Shown here one piece after another: positions 61,501-64,000 of a stretch of DNA of 64,000 nt (position 1 is the stretch's first letter; each line of letters begins with the position of its first letter). Both the position numbers and the translations under genes were made by a program. The notes under the pieces were generated by a model. It had not been told where the DNA came from, searched no databases, and worked only from the letters and a program-made list of their open reading frames with translations. This stretch comes from Parachlamydiales bacterium (lineage in GTDB: Bacteria; Chlamydiota; Chlamydiia; Chlamydiales; Rhabdochlamydiaceae), in assembly GCA_963705295.1 (NCBI GenBank), contig OY970065.1, positions 608,001-672,000 of the forward strand. Direction: 5' to 3'.

Positions 61501-61733
61501 TCACCGGGGAGAGTCTCCCAGGTGGGGAATTCAACCATGTTGAAAATTTTAAAATACGGAGCATCATCGAGAAGTTTACTCACCCTCGAATCGGCTGTGA
61601 TGACAATGATATTTTTTCCACCCAGCAGATGTAAAAGAAGGGCCTTAGGAGCGTCCCAGAGTCCTTCAATTAAGATAGAGGGCTCTTTCGAGATGTGATC
61701 GCGAAACTGTTGCAGCGACGGGCTTTGAAACAT
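58587..61733 (-). CDS. mfd: Transcription-repair coupling factor
   Basis: RGGILD, VVHFHQGIG, MDRLLCGDVGYGKTEVA, DEEQRFG, QLRGRVGR, RDLEIRGAG. Confidence 0.96.
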   Translation of the reverse strand: MFQSPSLQQFRDHISKEPSILIEGLWDAPKALLLHLLGGKNIIVITADSRVSKLLDDAPYFKIFNMVEFPTWETLPGEEIAPSPDIVGKRLQILHQLLHEKKVVVCPLQSALQKVPNPAFLGPLCRTLIKGENLPFLSLTEWLTYLGYRRSAVVADKGEFALRGGILDIYPVSAPSPFRIDFFGDTIDTIRTFDPIGQKSTGKIDRAFISPVYETDLLHRDPDPTSIFSYLGPDTVVIFDNLLALEDKYVSFKALPGSQSKFFLTFDDLLKEIKPLKKIYWTEEPMEELSEVRVDKKVVSFEFFNTHFQAKRWNHPFLPVQGYLPTLDRSDSEVYFITSNEAEEKTLQEKIKAPPKTHFERGYLTNGFALKDSPVILIPMTEITHKQKIRREKWRSTYHTPPSDFHELVPGELVVHFHQGIGKYLGIEKRPNHLGIETEYLVLEYAEKSKLFVPASQAYLVSRYIGSREETPTLHTIGAKYWQRTKANAQKAIVGYAQDLLRMNAEREVQGGFVFPPDSDEIRSFEEEFPYTETEDQLRAIEEIKIDMTTTKAMDRLLCGDVGYGKTEVAMRAAFKAAVEGKKQVAVLVPTTVLALQHFETFSERMANHPLIIKVVSRFHTPKEVKKILAETKEGKVDILIGTHRLLSKDVVFKNLGLIIIDEEQRFGVRSKEHLKARKAGVDCLTLTATPIPRTLYLSLVGAREISIINTPPQDRLPIKTIIAERDPQLVTNALLRELTRDGQVFFIHNRVETITSVADEIKRLVPQARVLVGHGQMSSDELDTVFHAFKNGHADILVATTIVENGIDIPNANTILIDRADKFGLADLYQLRGRVGRWNRPAYAYFLVPRLRELPEISRKRLYALLEAQGYGGGMKIAQRDLEIRGAGDMLGVQQSGHVSSIGFHLYCKLLKRTIEALKKKLEPTFLETKMEFPYDARIPEDYIAENSLRLEIYHRLGDTTTLEEVDALLEELKDRFGKPPLPVLWLYHLTRIRVVAAQKRFIFLKFNSHTLDTEKQTPKGTVKKLFTIKPFKSPAELEKQALENLS

Positions 61734-61734
61734 A

Positions 61735-64000
61735 TCACGTCTTTAAAAGGGTGCGGACTTGACTGATCAGCTTGGGGAGATTTTCAGGAGATTTGCCGCC
61801 GGCTTGCGCTCCTTCTGGACGACCGCCCCCCGAACCTCCAACAAGAGGAGCCACTTCTTTCAAAATCTTATCCGCATGGATTCCCTTTTGAAGGAGATCG
61901 GGAGTCACACGGAGGATGATTTGACATTTTCCTTCCTGCTCAGCAGCAAGAAGAACAACGCCAGAAGTGATGCGCGTCATGACCTCTTCTACAAGTTGAG
62001 AGAGTTCACTGGGCTGCACAGAGACAACCGTTGCAAGTAAAGGGGTAGAACCGACGTGTTCGATTTTGTGGGTGAGGGTTTGCGCCATTTCTCGAAGAAT
62101 GGCACGCCGGGTTGTTTTGAGTTGATGTTCAATTTTTTTTGTCTCTTCGATTTGAGCCGCGATTTTCGCTTCGAGCTCTTTTTCATGGTGCCGGACAAAT
62201 TCTTCAGCTGCATGGCCGGTAATCGCTTCAATACGACGGACACCTGCAGCAATACTTCCTTCTTTCAAGATCCGGAAATACCCAATCGTCCCAGTATGCG
62301 ACGTGTGCGTTCCACCACATAGCTCTTTCGATTCTTCGATATCAATCACACGGACTTTCGCACCGTATTTGTCTCCGAAGAATTGTTTGATCTCAGGCAT
62401 TTTTTGGGCCTCTTCATAAGAAAGTTCATACGAGTGAACCGGTTTGTTTTCTCGAATCTTCTCGTTGACAAGGTTTTCAATATATTCGATTTCTTCCTTC
62501 GAAAGGGCTTTATGGTGGTTGAAATCAAAACGGAAACGGGAAGGTTCAACAACCGATCCAGCTTGACGAACATGAGGACCTAGAACTTTCATCAGTGCCC
62601 AGTGGAGAAGATGGGTTGCCGTATGATTATTTTGGATGTTTATTCTCCGAGCCACATCGACCTCTGCAACCACCGTTTCGCCGACATGGAGAATGCCGGA
62701 TGGACAGATGCCTATATGTGCAATCACACCAGGATAGGGAGACTTGCAATCGGTCACAACAAACTGATCGATATGTCCCGTATCTCCAATTTGCCCTCCT
62801 TTTTCTGCATAGAAAGGAGTTTGATCGAGCAAAATGACTCCTTGCTCACCTTCTCGAATGAGTTCGACAAATTGATTTCCTACCAAGATCGCCAAAATTT
62901 TGGCTTCGCTCCGAGTTTGTTGATAACCCAAGAATTCGGAACGAGGAGCGCTCGAGAGTAGATTTTCTTCAATGTGCTGCGCTTCTTTAACATGGGCTGC
63001 TTTCGACTTCTCCCTGGCTTGCTCTTCTAAGATTTCATACGCTTCGAGATTAATCGTGAGATGAGAATCTTTCGCAATGAGAAGAATTTCCTCAAAAGGA
63101 AGTCCATATGTATCCTTGAGTTTAAAGGCATCTTCACCCGAGATCTCTTTATTTTTTTGCGCCTCGAAAATAATTTTATTCAAAATATTGCCACCCCGTT
63201 TCAGCGTTCGGAGAAAAGCTTCTTCTTCGAGAGTAAGAATTTCTGCAATTCGATGCTCCGCTGTACGCAGCTCATGATAATCATCTCCCATGAGATCGAC
63301 AAGTCGTGGGAGTATTTTTGCCAGGAAAGGATCTTGAACACCGAGCATGCGTGCGTACCTAACAGCTCTTCTAAGCAATTTCCGAAGCACATAACCACGG
63401 TCCACATTGCTCGGTTGAGCTCCATCAGCAATTGCAAAGGCAAGTGAACGGAGATGATCGGCAATCACATGAAAAGCAGGACCGAGTTCACTATCTTGTT
63501 CATACTTTTTCCCTGTAATCCGTTCTGTCTCTCGTATAAGTTCTCCCAAAATATCAGTCTCAAAAACGTTTTCCACGCCCATCTTGAGAGCGACAACCCG
63601 TTCAAGACCACTGCCGGTATCGATCGATTGTTTCGGAAGGGGAGTGAGTTTTCCATTAAGGTCTCGGTTGAACTGCATGAAAACCAGGTTCCAGAATTCG
63701 ATGTATCTTTCGCCAGTTGTGTCATCTATCCAGAGTGACATCGCCGTATTTCGAACCTCTATCATAGTAAAGCTCAGAACAAGGGCCGCAAGGGCCGGTA
63801 TCGCCCATGGCCCAAAAATTATCTTTTTCTCCCATCCGAACAATCCGACTTTCTGGGACAATTTTTTTCCAAAGTTCAAACGCTTCGTCATCGTCACGAA
63901 AAACGGTGATCCAAATTTTATCGGGGTCAAATCCATAAATTTGGGTGGAAACTTCCCACGCATAGCCGATCGCTTTATCTTTAAAATAATCTCCAAAGGA
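61735..64000 (-). CDS. alaS: Alanine--tRNA ligase, 5'-truncated by the window edge, with an apparent frameshift near 63722-63745
   Basis: Frame A (64000..63722): SFGDYFK...[17 protein letters not shown]...*. Frame B continues [37 protein letters not shown]. Confidence 0.95.
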   Translation of the reverse strand, partial: PLEIILKIKRSAMRGKFPPKFMDLTPIKFGSPFFVTMTKRLNFGKKLSQKVGLFGWEKKIIFGPWAIPALAALVLSFTMIEVRNTAMSLWIDDTTGERYIEFWNLVFMQFNRDLNGKLTPLPKQSIDTGSGLERVVALKMGVENVFETDILGELIRETERITGKKYEQDSELGPAFHVIADHLRSLAFAIADGAQPSNVDRGYVLRKLLRRAVRYARMLGVQDPFLAKILPRLVDLMGDDYHELRTAEHRIAEILTLEEEAFLRTLKRGGNILNKIIFEAQKNKEISGEDAFKLKDTYGLPFEEILLIAKDSHLTINLEAYEILEEQAREKSKAAHVKEAQHIEENLLSSAPRSEFLGYQQTRSEAKILAILVGNQFVELIREGEQGVILLDQTPFYAEKGGQIGDTGHIDQFVVTDCKSPYPGVIAHIGICPSGILHVGETVVAEVDVARRINIQNNHTATHLLHWALMKVLGPHVRQAGSVVEPSRFRFDFNHHKALSKEEIEYIENLVNEKIRENKPVHSYELSYEEAQKMPEIKQFFGDKYGAKVRVIDIEESKELCGGTHTSHTGTIGYFRILKEGSIAAGVRRIEAITGHAAEEFVRHHEKELEAKIAAQIEETKKIEHQLKTTRRAILREMAQTLTHKIEHVGSTPLLATVVSVQPSELSQLVEEVMTRITSGVVLLAAEQEGKCQIILRVTPDLLQKGIHADKILKEVAPLVGGSGGGRPEGAQAGGKSPENLPKLISQVRTLLKT

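Noticed and set aside
63746..63996. N-terminus of the 753-aa ORF as given in the ORF track
   Set aside because: It is out of frame; the true AlaRS sequence is in another frame there.

Overview
64-kb chromosomal window from an environmental Chlamydiae bacterium. Evidence: the 16S carries Chlamydiales-type signatures (GAATTTGATCTTGGTTCAG, GTGGATGAGGCAT), the ITS has no tRNA, and there are many eukaryote-like effector genes. Housekeeping genes (asd, gmhA, lpxK, E2 acyltransferase, icd, kdsD, nhaD, rlmD, yajC, htpG, nadE, epmA, efp, mfd, alaS) are interleaved with accessory genes: two membrane-anchored NB-ARC/TPR proteins with a LysM-like neighbour, F-box, BTB-LRR, split U-box, Inc-like and sterol-methyltransferase-like proteins. 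One complete 16S-23S-5S operon is present. Its 23S carries two group I introns (E. coli positions 1923 and 1931) separated by an 8-nt exon, and the second encodes a LAGLIDADG endonuclease. Downstream lies an array of five intact plus fragmentary Asp-box/BNR secreted-protein paralogs that is mosaic, has variable poly-A promoter tracts and contains a duplicated 5S 3' end. The most unusual signal is a family of three ~160-180 bp palindromic insertions whose arm sequences differ between copies while keeping base-pairing and a conserved internal-loop motif. All calls were made by eye, with no database searches.
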